A stretch of DNA of 64,000 bases, taken from NCBI GenBank assembly GCA_036867785.1, contig CP145416.1, forward strand, positions 248,001-312,000. Direction: 5' to 3'. The notes beneath the pieces were generated by a model. It ran no database searches. It was not told where the DNA came from and saw only the letters and a list, made by a program, of their open reading frames with translations. The stretch is from Plasmodiophora brassicae (Eukaryota). Below, piece after piece: positions 34,085-48,380 of this stretch (its first letter is position 1; each line of letters opens with the position of its first letter). Made by a program: the position numbers and the translations under genes.

Positions 34085-37000
34085 TTATTCGTTGGATTTG
34101 CTGCAACCGACTTTGCCAGTTCGAGACGCAATCGCTTCCGCTCCTTTTTGCCTGAGACAAGTTAGCTGAGGTAAAATGCCAGGCACTGTTATTCGACAAG
34201 CTACCTGAAGGTTACAGCACGTAATTTGCGCATGAAGGGCCAGGTGCCTTACTGTCGCTGCCAACGTTGCAAACGGCGCAAAACGGCAATAGCGCGTAAA
34301 TCTAGTAAGATTTAGAAAGACGTCCATAATAATCTGTCTTGTATCTTACCCGGACTTCAAGACGTCATTCTTCATAATTAGGTCAATGCGGAAAAATAGG
34401 TTTCCAACCGGCCGCACAACAATATTGACAAAGTTGAGCTGGCTAGGTATGGTATTAATCTCATACACTGCATCGCAGTTGTCCGAATAGACGATGTTGA
34501 CATAGTCGTTGCCAATATGTCGTTTCTTGTTCTCTCCCTAAATTGGATCATTCTGTTATCTCCTACTAATCAGATATACACGGATTGGCTACATGTGGAA
34601 ACTGCTCCGGGTAATTGGGCATCAGCGTTGCAACGTGAAAACAGATTCGGGTAAGGCAGTCGTTCCAGATCAGGGCAACGCAACCGTCGTCATCGCTTGT
34701 CCGGTCAAGGCCACCAGAGTAACAAGAAGACCCTCGTAGCGGGATGAAGCGCCCAAGTGATCTTAAAAACTACAAGAAAATACAATCAAGTATTCAGATG
34801 AACGATCAAGTTAACGTCTCGTCAAAAGCAAGCCCTACACGTTCGTAAAGAGGTGAACCGGATGTGTTCCCGAGGATCTCCACTTCATTGGTCTGATCAT
34901 ACCCGACATAAATGACGCCGAATTTCATAGTGTCCTGGCAGGGCATCTGATCGAGCATTGACAGCGATCCCTCCAGTGTTTCGTCTACGCTTAAACCTAT
35001 TCATTTGAGGAGCAAGCAACCGTCACTAAACGTCATATGAAGCGAATATGACAGGTTGTGAGTTACAGGTCAAAAGATTATCGCCGACAACTTGGCCATG
35101 AACTAGAAGTCCAGCTTGATCGATTACAAATTCAGGAAGGCATGAAAGGACAGTTCCTGGGCAGATCGCATCATGGCGGCGGTCCGATGGACCGGAATGA
35201 TGGGAATGCTCGTACGATCCCAAGTGCTCGTTACAAAATTGCCCTGAGCGCCATGGATTTGTCGATGATTGCAAAATGTCCACGACGCTGGAGGACGGCA
35301 CGAAGGAACTTCCACCTTGTGAGAAGTGAACTATCCACGTGCTGTTAACGGACGCAGGACGGCGTACTGTCACTCGCGCCGTCGACGAAGTCAAAATCTC
35401 AACCGAGACGATTGCATTGTCGCCAGCCCATATCTTCTGCGCTAGTGTCCGGTGCGTAATTTCTTCCAACCTGTCGGGTAGGGTTAGCATATGAAACTCA
35501 GGAGCATCGTTAGTGCTGGAGTATCGGTGCATAAAATCCTGAAGGCAACAGGCGTTGCTGCTGCGCTGCGCCAGGTTTGACAGAACCGTTCCAAGTGCGC
35601 GATAGTTAACACCACGCCCGTGCCGATCCAATTTGATGAACCACAGAGATGTGCACCTCTGAGCGAGATGAGTGATTGCTGGCCTTGCGTTAACTGTCTC
35701 CAATATCTGTATGAGAGCAGAGAGAACGCGAGCAGTGTTCTCAGCAACAACAGCCAAAGCCTGAATGAAACCTGTTACGGACACCTTCCACATTACGATA
35801 TACTCCTCACCTCGCTATCAATTATATCGAGGAAGGTCGCGAAAACGTACAGACATTCGAGAGTAGCCCAGACAGCAGCCTCAGATAGAGATGTTGCCGA
35901 CGACAGCACTGCAACGACCTGGATCTTCGTTCATTTCATATCAGGAATAGGTTAATATTTCCCCACCTTCGATAAGTGGGGTACAAGAAGTGCAGGGCAC
36001 GACATCGCACAGATTGTTAATCCATGGAAACATGTCTCAACACTCTCACTGTACGCGATATCTGATTGCAGCAATAGTTAAGCTGTTAACCAAACGTTAC
36101 TGAGTAGAGATGTCTCCGAACCTTCCAAATGATACCGGTTCTGCAACAGCACGGTAAGACAAGTTATGACGGCCCTTAGACAGACAGGACTGAGTCGATC
36201 GATGAAAGCGAGAAGCTGCACGAGTAGCCGCAGGCCGACGTTAACAAAGCGGCCTGGACAGACTCCAGTTCCGAAACGGACGGTAAGTGATTCAGCGCGT
36301 AAGCAGTCGCTGACAGAGGCGTATTACAAAACCAAATGCAGATCGCCACAATTACTCAACTGACCTTAACAGCGATACAAGCCGATCGACGTCAACGAGA
36401 GAAACGATATTGAAATCTATGCAAATATCAGTAATAACATCTCGGGAGATGCTTCAGTGTCTGACCTTGGCAACACAATACCACACTATCAAGTGCAGCG
36501 AAGAAAACCTGCGCATCAGCCTCTGCATCAAGGACGTTGACAAGTGCTGTCCATGCACGTTCGATATGGAGAACCATGGACGCGCTTGCATCGTCGATTT
36601 CCCGGGAAATGAAGAGATACCGGCTGTGAGCAGAATCAGCCATGGATACTCGCCCATGACTGTCACATGATATTTTCCCAATAGCTTCACATACTCGCTG
36701 GCGAACATCCGGTAAGCAATGGTTAACCAGATCGAGTAGAGCGCTGAACGTGTACAGACAGTCTTCAAAATGAGGGTCTTGTAGCTTGGCCCGAAAAATT
36801 GCCTCCAGAATGCGAGGCACTTCGGCGGCAATACATTCTATGTTTGCTGCGCAACCCAATACATCAACGAGATCCTTCACAGATCCGCAATAACCGGAAG
36901 ACGCGATTTGCCCTATGCTTTTAATGACGACGATCTGGACGTCGTAAGAGTCATCCGATGTAAAGGGCTCGGAAAGGTATGGCAAAAGAGCGCCTCGAAG

Positions 37001-38231
37001 GATGTCATCTGCAAGCAGAGTCTGATAACGGTGAAATAGCTGAACTGCGAAGGAGAATGCGGAAAGTCGCAGCGCCTCTGGTCGTGAACGATCGACGAAG
37101 AAAAGGCGCATCAACTGCGCGAGCCTCTCAAACCAAACAGGGTTTGAAGGATATATCTGGGCCATAATGGCATGAAGAAGAATCTCCAGGTTGTCCCTAT
37201 CCAACAGCCTATGCATCCTTTCCAGCATTGCAAAATAGGAGTCGGACTGAACATTGCACGTGCGCATGGCTGTCAAAGATTCGCGCACAGCGGTTTCGAC
37301 AGCGACAGAAGCATCGACATGCTCCGCAACTATCGACAAAATGTCAATGATGGCGTCCCATTCGACAGCGGTGATTTCTGTGCCGAATTTGCGGATCAGA
37401 CGACGCGTTGATGCGCTAATTTCGCCGATAATAGCGATATCGGCTCGAACCGACCGATCGGTAAGGACGATAAGGAGCGCATCGAGAACATCCAAAAATG
37501 GTAGCGCCAGACGATCCGGGTCAATGCGCTGCGATCCCCAAACGGCCATGCCAACGAAAAATATAGCACCGCGACGAACAGCCGGCGTGACTGCGGCCTG
37601 CGAGAGCTGTCGCATGAGAATGGCGCCACACCTGGCACAATGCCTGCCGCTGAGAATGGCGCGAAAAATCCGCCATGGTTCATGACTGTCAGACATGGCC
37701 GCCGCCTGACATAACGCAACGACGACACGTTCGACGGCGCCCTGTGTGATCATGTCCGCTTTGACGCAAACCTGTGTAGGAAGATCGCAGCAGTTAGCAG
37801 AGGGACGTACATGCGAATTGCACTGGCGGAGATGTCGAATAACATACGTCAATGAAACGGAGGGCAATATGCCCGTAGGCCGTACCCGGCAGGCAAGAGG
37901 CAACGGCATCGACTACCGGTTCGATATCGGCTTCGGTCATGCCATATCCTGTAACCAGGTTGATCAGGCAGCGCAGGATGGCATCAGGATCGGAGAGGTC
38001 TGGGGCGACGGCGATGATACGCGCAATAAGACTGGCAGTGGCGGCCGGTGAATCGATTAGGCGGCGACAGTCGTGCGTGGCGGCCACCAGGGCGCGCTGC
38101 CTGGTGACCAGGTCGACCTGGTCGGACTGCAGCGCACGCATGATAGCAGGATGTGTATCGGTGGGTGCAAGGTCGCCAGCAAGCACCCGCGCAAGAATGG
38201 CGGCGGGCGCGTCATCGCCACCGATTGCCAT
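34085..38231 (-). CDS. TSC2: Tuberin-like RapGAP-domain protein (multi-exon)
   Basis: N-terminal RGAIFFVGMAVWG. C-terminal RapGAP motifs MKFGVIYV, YSGGLDR, FHVATLMP, KKRHIGNDYVNIVY. Confidence 0.85.
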
Positions 38232-38585
38232 CGGGCAAGTACGGCACCGCACGCGCGCGCCGCGGCGATAATAACGCCGGTTCCAGCGCGACGGGACGGG
38301 GCGGCGCAGAAACGCACGCAGACGGTGCTGGCACGAGCACACCCTTCGTAATACGAGCGGCGAAATTCTGTCGGTACGGCCAATGTTTGACGGCGGTACC
38401 CAACGTGAACATCGCAGTTGGCAGCAGCGGCTGGTCGTTACGTATAATTATAGGTGCACATACGTACCTATGCGGTTGCGGGCGCAGGCAGGGCCGGCCC
38501 CGCCATTCGGCGTTGCGGTCCGTGACGTCGTTGGTCACTGGATCGACCCTGCAGCACTCAGCGACGTCCGCTGCGCGCTACTCGG

Positions 38586-39661
38586 ATGGCGACCATGACG
38601 GCTGACATGGCAGCGACCGTACTGAATGCGGCCATGCACAACGATATCGATGTGCTACAAAGGAACCTCGATGGCCTGGATCCGGACGACGACGACGTCC
38701 GGTCGTACAAGGTAGGGTGTTGCACCCAGGCGGCGCCCCCGTACAACACGGCCACCACCTGGCCCGCATGAACTCACCCGTTGATCACATCAGGACTGCA
38801 ATGGTCGAACGGCCCTGCACTGGGCCGCCGCTAATGGCCACGATGGCGCTGTGGAGGCCCTCATCCGACACCGCTGGGACGTCAACGTTGACGATGAGGT
38901 CGGAATGTCCATGGAGCGGCCCGCCCCCGCGCCCAATGTTTTATGATGGATGACGGATGGGCGCATCTCAACGTGTATCTCAGGTGCACTGGACGCCATT
39001 GCATTCGGCATGCAGCGCCGGACATGTTCCTGTGGTCCGGCAGCTGTTGCAACAGAAGGCGAACTGCCACGCTCGTAACGACAACGGTTGCACGTACGTC
39101 GATCCGGCGCTGCGCCCCGTCACCGACTGACTGTGCGCACTCCCAGGCCGATCATGTACGCCGCATCCAAGGGCAACACGCTGATCGTTGACCTGCTCCT
39201 TAAGAACGGTGCCAATCCGAGCATTTCTGATGCGTCTGGCCAGTGTGTACGTGGGGTGCGCCTAGCGTCCGAGCCGTCGTGCGTTTGCTGACATGGCCGA
39301 CCCAGCCGCTGCATCGCGCCGCCAGTCGAGGCAAGGCTGATATCGTGGAGATGCTGGTGCGGGACCCGCGGGTCAACATTAACGCTGTCGACAATGCTGG
39401 CCACTCGGCGTTGCACTTGGCGTGCATGGAAGGGGACAAGGAGATGGCTGCCGACCTGATCGACCTGGGCGCTGGTACTATATCATTCTACGATGCCGTT
39501 CGTCGACGGCAAACCCATTGAATGCGTCTGCAGATGCGCGCCTGCGCGACAAGGACGGCAAGGTGGCCTTCCATTACGCACCGAGCGCGCAAGTCAACTA
39601 CCTGGTCTCGTTGGTCCTCGACAAGGACAAACGTCAGGACGGGGCGCCGGCTGCCGAGTAG
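38586..39661 (+). CDS. Ankyrin-repeat protein (gankyrin/PSMD10-like), multi-exon
   Basis: TALHWAA, WTPLHSACSAG, PIMYAASKG, PLHRAASRG, SALHLAC. Confidence 0.85.
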
Positions 39662-39838
39662 GACGCTACGCGCTTGATGTCTACAGGAGTACGCCTCGTG
39701 TTGATATAGTCTCGAACAAATGGATGTCAGTCTACTGTAGGTAGGCAGACTGGTACGAGCGCGCGTGTGCGTCCGGTATCGTGTCGACGTTTTGTGGGTC
39801 TGGCGGAGACGGCGAATGAGAAGTGCGGCGACGACCCG

Positions 39839-40928
39839 ATGAGGGCAGGCGCGATGCCCACGACTACAGCAGCGCCCGATGCGGAAGGGCGCTGGGCCGA
39901 CGGACCTCTTCAGTACGTGTTGGGGCGGTCCTGGTTGCCATCGTCGCTGGTCCTGCGGTTCTGCACGGATCGGGACGTGCGCGCCTTGCGTCGCGTCTGC
40001 ACCCACCTGCATATCGGCGTCGGCAGCCACATTGTCGACATCGACGCCAGTCATCGAGGCGACGCGGTTCGCGACCGACATGTGCACCAGTTCGCCCGAT
40101 ACCATCCGCGCATGCGTTCGCTGTCCATTGCCGGTACCGGTGTTACATCGATCACCGCGTTGCAATCGGCCACAGCGCTTCTCGCTCTGAACATAAGCGA
40201 CACTCTGGTCAGCAGCGTACGGCACTTGGACCAGTGCATGTTGCTGACCTGTGCCTCGTATGGCCGTACAGGTCAGGTCGTTATCGGCGTTGTCGTCGTG
40301 TCCGCGCCTGCAGGATCTGCAGGCAGCGGGATGCACGCAGATCCAGTCAGTCGATGCGCTCGCGTCCTGCCCCGCCCTGCGTCATGTGAACCTGCGCCGC
40401 ACCCGCGTCTATGACATCACGGCGCTGGGCTTCTGTCCGGCCATCGTCCATGTCAACCTGCGCGATGCGCCCGTCGCTGACATTGCTGCCCTGGGGCACT
40501 GCACTCGCCTGACCTATCTCGACCTGCAGGACACGAACTGTACCGATCTGGCGGCGCTGTCGTCCTGCCCGCTCCTGCAGTGGCTCTGTATACGGGGCAC
40601 ACGTGTCGCCGACCTGGGCCCACTGCAACACTGCCCGGTGCTGCAGGTCCTGAATGCTCGCGACACCCGCGTAGATGACGTCGAACCGTTAGTGCACTGC
40701 GTCGCCCTCGTCAAGGTCAATCTGCACGGCACTCTGGTGGATGACCTCCTGCCATGGGCCCTGCACTGCCCGCGCCTGGAGATGCTCGACGTCTCCCGGA
40801 CGCCCGTCCATGACGTCGACCCGTTGATCAGTGCGCCTGCCCTGAAGACACTGAATGTCGTTGGGTCCCGTGTCACCACGATCGTCCAGTTGACCACCCA
40901 TCGACCCGACTTAACAATCAACCTGTAG
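39839..40928 (+). CDS. Leucine-rich repeat protein (one intron near 40208-40272)
   Basis: About 10 repeats of LxxCxxLxxLxLxxTxVxD. Confidence 0.88.
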
Positions 40929-41121
40929 TTCGTAGATTGTTCCAAGGGGGCCGAACTATTATGCCCTGTTCATGACTATGGATTCAATGAAGGGTTGCAC
41001 CTGCAGGTAGTGGCTGCTCTTGACCCACTGTAGGCCTGCTCTGCTATTGGCCTGTGGTCTGGCACTGGCTGGCATCACGTTCCAGACGCCCAGTTGAACT
41101 CGCGCGCCCGACTATGAGATC

Positions 41122-42022
41122 ATGGTCGACCCCGTACACGCCATCGAATCGGGCGACCTGTTCGCGGTGGCATCATTCCTGGGTGCCGCCGACGGGAACC
41201 GGTACTGGGTCGACCGGTCTGGTCGAACTGCCCTCTGGTTATATATCCTGCTGGAGTTGCTGCAGGGCGAACGAGGCTGACTGCTCGGTGATGTGCGAGT
41301 AGGTGGGCGGCAAGATGCGATCAGGTCGTCGTTGCAACGCTGATCTTATCTGTGATGGACCCCACTGATCGTCACCGATCCGATTACCGGCGGCGTACTG
41401 CATTGCACGTCGGCACCGTACACGGCAGTGCCCCGACGATTGCCCTGCTTCTAGCCGCCGGCCTTCGGGGCGACGTTGCCGATATCGATGGCAACACTGT
41501 TCTGCATGCCGCTCTCCTGGGCCAGCGTGACTCCCATATCGCCAGCATGGTGCTCAGTGCCGCCGGCGGTCGCCCGTGTCTATTCGTCAGGAACAAGGTT
41601 GCTCATGCACGACGTCTGTAGAAACGCGCCTGATGCCATGTACTCAGGCCGAGCAGCTGCCCATCGAGATAGCCGCTCTGTACAACAGGCTCGACCTGGT
41701 TCGGCTGATGGTGGACCGGTACGCGAGTCCAGTGCCCGCATCGGCCGGCGTTCTAGCCCTGCGTCACGGGCACCTACCCCTGATCCGGTACCTGGTTCGG
41801 GAAGCCATCGGTGTTCGGTACCCAGTCGCTCTTCTCCTTGATACCGAACTGGACCAGATCAAGGTCCCGGGCGACATCCGTCCGGCCGTCCGCCGTGCCA
41901 TTCAGCATGGCCTCGCTCAGCGCCGTGCTCGACGCGACGACCTGCACGCGTTCCTGGCAGGATCGTGGCCCAGGGTGCCCGTCGCCATCATCACCCGCAT
42001 CACCGAATTCGTTCTCGGATGA
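41122..42022 (+). CDS. Short ankyrin-repeat protein, multi-exon
   Basis: GRTALW, RTALHVG, GNTVLHAA, LPIEIAA. Confidence 0.7.
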
Positions 42023-42106
42023 CACTGCCGCATGACCAGGGATGTTATGGTGCTGTTTAGAATCCGCATAGATATAAACATGAGGCTGCCGATGTCGGTC
42101 GACCAC

Positions 42107-42964
42107 CTAGGCCAGCCATGCCTTGAACGCCTCGTATGTGGTCCAGCAGATGGCGGCGCTCGGCGTGAAGTACATGCAGCGCGCGATGGCGCCCTGGAAC
42201 AGCGCCCTGTACCCTTCCCGTTCAGCGATCGTCGCCAGGACATGCCGCAGGCCTGACGTGTCGCCATTGACCTGAATCCGGGTCTTGACGACGTCGAAGG
42301 GTGTCGACACGAACCCGCCGAGGGCGCCGGCCGCCGCTCCTGCCATCAGATGCGACGTGATCGACGGGCAGTGCATGTGGTCGGTGAGGTGCAGCTTGAC
42401 GCTCTCGTATGTGGCAAAGTGCACGGCCATAAACGGCACGTTCATAGCGACGGTGACCGGGTAGGACGCGAACAGGACACCGGCGCCTTCCTGCCGGACG
42501 ATCGATCGGACACAGGACACGATCGTGTTGTGCTGCGACTTATAGACCTGCATGCGCTGCTTGACAACGTCCAGCGGCGTCACAATGGCGTCATGAGCCA
42601 TGACAGCACAGGCACCGGCGAACCCGTTTATCAGTGGGTGGTGGCCTGGAGCGCGCCCTCCTATATGGTCCTTGACGAACTCGTACGTCGCAAAGTAGGC
42701 GGCGTGGGAGGGTACTGCGCCCAGCAGGATGGCCGGCAGCCCTTTGTACAGATGGGCGATGCCTTCCCGTCGCACAATGCTGTTGAACGCATGCAGTACG
42801 CCCCGGTAGATGGGCATGCCCGGCACCCCGATGACCTGCAATCGGGTTTTGACCGTGTCGACGGGGAACATGAACAGGTGCTCGGATATGCCCGCTGCCG
42901 CACCGGCCAGCATGGCCTGCGCATACCCCATATGTTCGAACGCCTCCAGGTCATGGTCCGCCAT
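42107..42964 (-). CDS. Mitochondrial carrier, mitoferrin/Mrs3-4 type
   Basis: Three PxDxxKxR motifs, EHLFMFP, PSHAAYF, MNVPF. Intact 285-aa ORF. Confidence 0.93.
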   Translation of the reverse strand: MADHDLEAFEHMGYAQAMLAGAAAGISEHLFMFPVDTVKTRLQVIGVPGMPIYRGVLHAFNSIVRREGIAHLYKGLPAILLGAVPSHAAYFATYEFVKDHIGGRAPGHHPLINGFAGACAVMAHDAIVTPLDVVKQRMQVYKSQHNTIVSCVRSIVRQEGAGVLFASYPVTVAMNVPFMAVHFATYESVKLHLTDHMHCPSITSHLMAGAAAGALGGFVSTPFDVVKTRIQVNGDTSGLRHVLATIAEREGYRALFQGAIARCMYFTPSAAICWTTYEAFKAWLA

Positions 42965-43325
42965 GTGCCGACCCGGTCGGTGTCTGAGGATGGACGCGAG
43001 GCGACGCGCACCCCACCGCCTCCGTCACGGACTCCGCAACCGAGTCGGGGTCCCGAGTCGCCGCCGACCCCCGACCTGCGCGTACCTACAACATACTCCC
43101 TATCTATATTATGTAGTCGGTCATCTGGCGCGCGCTTTCCAGACAACGGTGATCCCGTCCGACGATGTGCCCTTCTGCGAATACACAGACGCCCGGCAAT
43201 CCGGCCAACGCCAATGATTGAACAACCTTCTCTCTTTAGCTTTAATAGAATACAGAAGTGTGAGCGTGCAGTATCTGCATTAGGGTGGCCTTGCGGCTGG
43301 GCAAGGGACGGCAGCGTGACGACGA

Positions 43326-45445
43326 TCAGAGCGATTTCGTGTGGACGTTGCAGATGGGGCACATGGTCGGCCCATGCGGGTGCAGCGATGCCCAGGCGGG
43401 GCCGACGTCACTGACGTACCTGCGCGAGCACAGCGCACACGATCGGCCCGCCGGTGTGTCCAGCAGGCGCAGCGTCAGGCTGCATCGCTCGGCAATGTGG
43501 CCCTTCTCGCAACACTCTTGCACCAGACTACTGGTTGCCACCTGACACAAACAGACGTCGTCAACTACAAACCGCTCGGGCGACTACCTTGTCGCCGACA
43601 TCATACCTCCGTCCTGCATACTGGGCAAGTTTCCACCAGGCTGTCGTCACGTTCCAGAAGTTCATTGGCCTTGCCGACCAGCTCGGTGTCGTTGCAGAAC
43701 CGTGCGGCGATGCGAACAGCCGCCTGCGCCTCCGCCGACGGTTTCGCTACGAAGCAAGCCACGACGCGCGACGCGTACAGGCGCGTCAGCGTGTCCAGGT
43801 TGGCGGCGATCTGTGTCGAGTGCCGGATGCGTGTCTCGCCGTCCAGACAGGATCCATGCGAGAGCGCCCACCTGACAACGTTTGCTGTTCGCAGGCCGGA
43901 CATGTCGGATCGGCAGGCCTCCAGTTCGCAGGCAATGCGCTCGAAGGCATCGCTCGAGCAAGCCGCAATCGCACGTCGAGCATTGTCCAGGTAGACCGAG
44001 CGGGACGTTATCGCCGAGAGCGGATCCCGTTCAACGGGCACCAGGAACAGACCAAACACGAGGTCCGGTCGTGACGTTGCCTTCCCGGATCGGCCGACAG
44101 CAGCGTTCGATATGATCGGGGCCAGAACAGCGCCCAGCAGACCTGTTCACGGCAGTGAGCGCATTGCACATGGACCTGCGGCGAACGGATACGCACCGTC
44201 AGGCGACGAACCCAGGCCGGCATGTCCCCGAAGGTAAATGTTGGCATCGTCATCGTCATCACAGTATGGCAGAAGAGAGCGCGTTGCCAAATTATCGCAG
44301 GCAGAGATCGGTGCATCTGGGACCAGCTCCAGCTGCTTGTCATGGACAGACCAGGTCCGGATGGCAGGGCCCGTCGTGGACACCGTCGTCAGCGTCGTCG
44401 ACGAGGCCGACCAGATCATACCGGATATCATTCCGGGCTGGTCATGGGCGGTGAGCGGCGTAGACGACGCCCCGGCCGGATCGGAAAAGTCGGTGACGAC
44501 AATGGCACTGCCCATAGCGCAGGCCAGCTTCGTCGAGTCGTGCGACCAGCGCAGCTGCGTAATGACCGACAGCGGCGACAAGGGCCGAATCAACAGGCCG
44601 GGACATAGGTTCGTCCTGAACTTGAAATGAGATACACTGACAGCGACGACCAGAACGTTCGCCTGGTTTACCCTTCGTTGATGACGTTGTAAACGTGAAC
44701 GGTGCAGTCGGATGTAACGACTGCGAGACGGGTCGCCGAGAAGCGCATATCGGAGACTGGCCGAGGCGTGTCCACCGATGCCAGTTTCGCCAATGTCGCA
44801 TCACGCTGGCGCCTCAGTAGCATGACAGAGCCGCGCGTCAGACCGAGGGCGAAGAGGTCCGATACCGACGGCGACCAATCAAGCGCTTCAACGTCATTCA
44901 GGCCGAGCGTATCGGACACGTTCTCTGATAGGGTCCAGCGGGCCGGCGGCACAGGCGCCTGCGAAAACAGCAATGCACGTCCATCGGATACGACGACGCC
45001 GAGCACGCAGCCGCCATCACGGCCACAGCCAAGGCCCGACCAGCGTGCCGACTTGATGGCAACCGGTACGGACAGCACCTGGTTGCTGGTCATGGGTTTC
45101 GCCAGCGGGATCTTCACCATGGACGATTCCCCAGCCGACACGTCCTGTCCAAAGGCGCAACGCATCAGGGGAAACGTTCTGCATTCCAAAGCGTAACGCG
45201 ACAGATGTGGGACGTACAACAATGTCAATGTCGAGGGCGCCGACCACGGCAATATGGTTGTCGGCGGACCAGTGAACGGCATCGTGCAGAGCAGGCCGGA
45301 TGGAGAGCGTTGCAATGGGTTCCAGGCCGGACGCAATATCGTCGGTTAGCGTGGCGCCCGACCCGACCTTGAATGGGGACGGCGCCGCTGTCGGTGCATG
45401 GACAGCTCGGCCGGACAGGGTCAGCGGTCGTGGCAGAGGTGCCAT
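43326..45445 (-). CDS. WD40 protein with C-terminal Cys-rich zinc finger, TFIIIC 90 kDa (GTF3C4)-like; may extend 5' to 45792
   Basis: AVHWSADNHIAV, repeated WS WD-like blades, C-terminal CPVC...CEKGH..RCSLT...CALC...CPIC. Confidence 0.65.
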
Positions 45446-46117
45446 GGGCGGCGGCTGTCCCCAGGCACGCGTCAGTCAGTGAGTACAGGACAAAAAACAC
45501 GCAGAAAGGCAGGTGACGGGCCGCGAACCGTCACCCGCTTGCAGCGCTCACTGACCTCGTCAAGCACGCCTGGCGACGAGTTGTCGAGCAGGCAGTCGAA
45601 GGCCGACGGCGGGTGCTTGCCGATCGAGAAGGGCGACGTCGGGCCGTGCGTCGAGAAGATGGCCGACGTGTTGAAGCAGGACAGGCTGAGCGACGACGAG
45701 AAGGTCAGCGAAGGCGACTGCTGGGACAGCAGGGCGACGAGGGACGGCGAGGGCGGCCCCCCACCCGTATCCATGGTCGACGACATGGCCATGGGTGTTG
45801 CCGTCGGTGTGCGCGTGACGACGAATTAAGCGCGATCGATGAGGATGGGCGCGAACGGACCGTCCTCCAACACCGAGCCACCGCGCAGTCCGTGGGCCAA
45901 CACCACGCGCATTTTTGCGACCCGCTATGTGCGCCGCTGCCCCGCAGCGTGACGTGGCGGGCGGCACATACCTCCCTGCTGTACGTACCTACGTACACCG
46001 CGCAGGCCCGGCCCCGGCATGCCGATCGCGCATCACGCCGCACTCGCTCGTCACGGCGGACGGACACGACTGGACTGCGCTGGCAAGTAAGTGCAATGTC
46101 GCCCGGGTTTTATACGG

Positions 46118-47331
46118 CTATGAGCGCAGGTCTCGCGTGAACCACCAGCTCGGGATAACCGGATGCACCTGGTGGTCCCCGCACATTAGCGGACCCGTCC
46201 GCGTGGCGAACAGGAATTCCAGTCGCATCATCGCCAGGGCCGCGTTGCCAGATTGCGACGACAGCATCGTGCCGGCCTTGTCGCCCGATGATGTCAGGAT
46301 CGGCGCGCCTTGCTGTGCGGCATGATGTGGCCAGTCGGGTCTGAAGGTCCCGGACTGGATCAGTGGACTGCATTGCGTCAGCGTCTTGTCATCCGACAGG
46401 AGCACCGGGGTGATTCTCTTGCGAATAACACCCTGGTGGTATGCTCGCGCTGTAAAGCAACAAGTAGTCAGCGGCAGGTACCACGCCCGTTGCGGCCACG
46501 GCCGGCCAACCTATGAGCTCCTGTCCCAGATAGCAGCCTTTGTTGAACGCGATGCCGTTCAGAAAATCCCTGCAAGGCCGATGTGAGCACACGCACCGAA
46601 ATATAGGACTGCTGCCCGATACATATTCGCTTCCAACGGGATGGTCTTCTCCTTGATCAGGTCGACATTGGATCGGGCAACGCCGTTCAGCACGGACCAC
46701 AACGTGTAGAAGCGCTCGGGATCGTCGTCGTCACCTCCCGGGACGAATGCGTCCCCGATGGCGGTCTGTATCTGGTTGCCAGTATCGCCCTTGGCCAGGA
46801 TGAGGCGCACGCCAAGATGGTTGAGCCTCGGGTCGACGAACGCGACGGTTTCGTGGCAGTGCGCGTGCCGCACCGACCGCTCGACATGCTGCAGGTAGGT
46901 GATGTCGGGGCTGATGAAGCTGTGCAACTCGAACTCCCTTGACGCATCCTCGATCTGCGACTAGGTTAAACCCCCGATCCAGCGGAAACAGGCGCCCGGC
47001 AACACGGAATCGGCCTTACAACGACGCGGGATCGGAGCTTGTACCGTCGCAGGTGGTGGACAACGTCATCGAGCGAACCGGCGTGGATGTCGAGTAGGTA
47101 CGTGGAGTCGACAGGCGACATGACGACGAAGGCGTCGAACAGGTACCGACCCCGGGCGGAGAACATGCCACAGTAGGCGGCGGGGCCGCGGTGCCGCTCC
47201 AGGAACTTGGCGGGCATGACCTCGTTGGACACCAGCCCCTGCAGGAACTGCCCCGCATCGGCACCGGCCACCCGAACAATGGCGCGCGACACGAGCCGCG
47301 TCCGAATGTGCGACGACGCCGGCACCGACAT
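46118..47331 (-). CDS. IBA57: Folate-binding Fe-S assembly factor IBA57/CAF17/YgfZ
   Basis: VAGADAGQFLQGLVSN, GRYLFDAF, signature KGCYLGQEL. Confidence 0.92.
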
Positions 47332-47675
47332 GAGGCGAGTCGCGTCGGGTCGTCCTCAATCTACCTAGCCGACGTTCGTAGGAACGACGTACGAGGACGG
47401 CGTGCGGCGCGGCGCGGCGCGACGGGGTCCGCCAACAGAGGTCGCCCGTCTGGCCGGTATGTGCATAGGGCACCCATACGATGCGTGCAACGTGCCACGA
47501 CGAGAGAGATGCAGAGAGATGTGGGTGGCAGGGCCGGGGACGGGAACGCGGCCACCCACCGGGCGGCTGCCACCACCGGGACTGGCTGCGGGACCGGATC
47601 CAGGCGCCAGGTGCAGGCAGGCAGGTGCCACACACTGACCGGCGCGAGATATCACCTCGACCTGCGCAACGAACG

Positions 47676-48020
47676 ATGCTCACCGCTATATCCCGGACGT
47701 TGGCGTCTCGTCGCGGTCGATCGACGTCGTCCCGGTTGGTGTCCGATGATGACGACGATGGGTGCGGATGGAACGTGACGCGCTCGGAGGCGGACAGCAT
47801 GTTCGTGACGAGCCCACGAGCCGGGTCGGCGGCGGGTCCGAACGCGTGCGCGCCGATGCAGAGCAGTGCCGGCGACCCGTTCATCCTGCCTGCCAAGGCG
47901 ACCAAGATGGACAGGTTCGCCCGGCTGAAGCAGCGCATCCTGGAGAAGGTACCCGTCAACCGAGGTGGGCGCCGTGGACGGCGCTCCCGTAAGGAACCCA
48001 TGCGACTGGAAGACCTGTAG
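47676..48020 (+). CDS. Small hypothetical protein
   Basis: Open frame with plausible composition. No motif recognised. Confidence 0.3.
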   Translation: MLTAISRTLASRRGRSTSSRLVSDDDDDGCGWNVTRSEADSMFVTSPRAGSAAGPNACAPMQSSAGDPFILPAKATKMDRFARLKQRILEKVPVNRGGRRGRRSRKEPMRLEDL

Positions 48021-48380
48021 ACGACCAAACGAGCCGCCAACAATGACCAGTCCACTGTACAATACAGACCGCACGTATTCGGCCGGCAACGGATGAGACC
48101 AAGACGCAGTGTAGGCCGGGCGCAATGGCCCGTCACGTGAAGGGACGGATGGGCGGAACGCGTGCGGCAGGTTCCCTGCTGGTACTGGCGTCCAGCGCAC
48201 GTTTATGTTTCGCGGGTGCTGTCGGCAACCGACCGTGTGTCGATACATATTCAGGGCGTTGCGTTCGGGGCAACCTGGGGCACCTGGCTGGGCAGCCCGT
48301 CATATGATGGCCAGGCTCTGCAATCGGCCCCGTCCGATCCTCACTTCCTAAAACGCTTGCGCCATAGAGAGACGTCGACC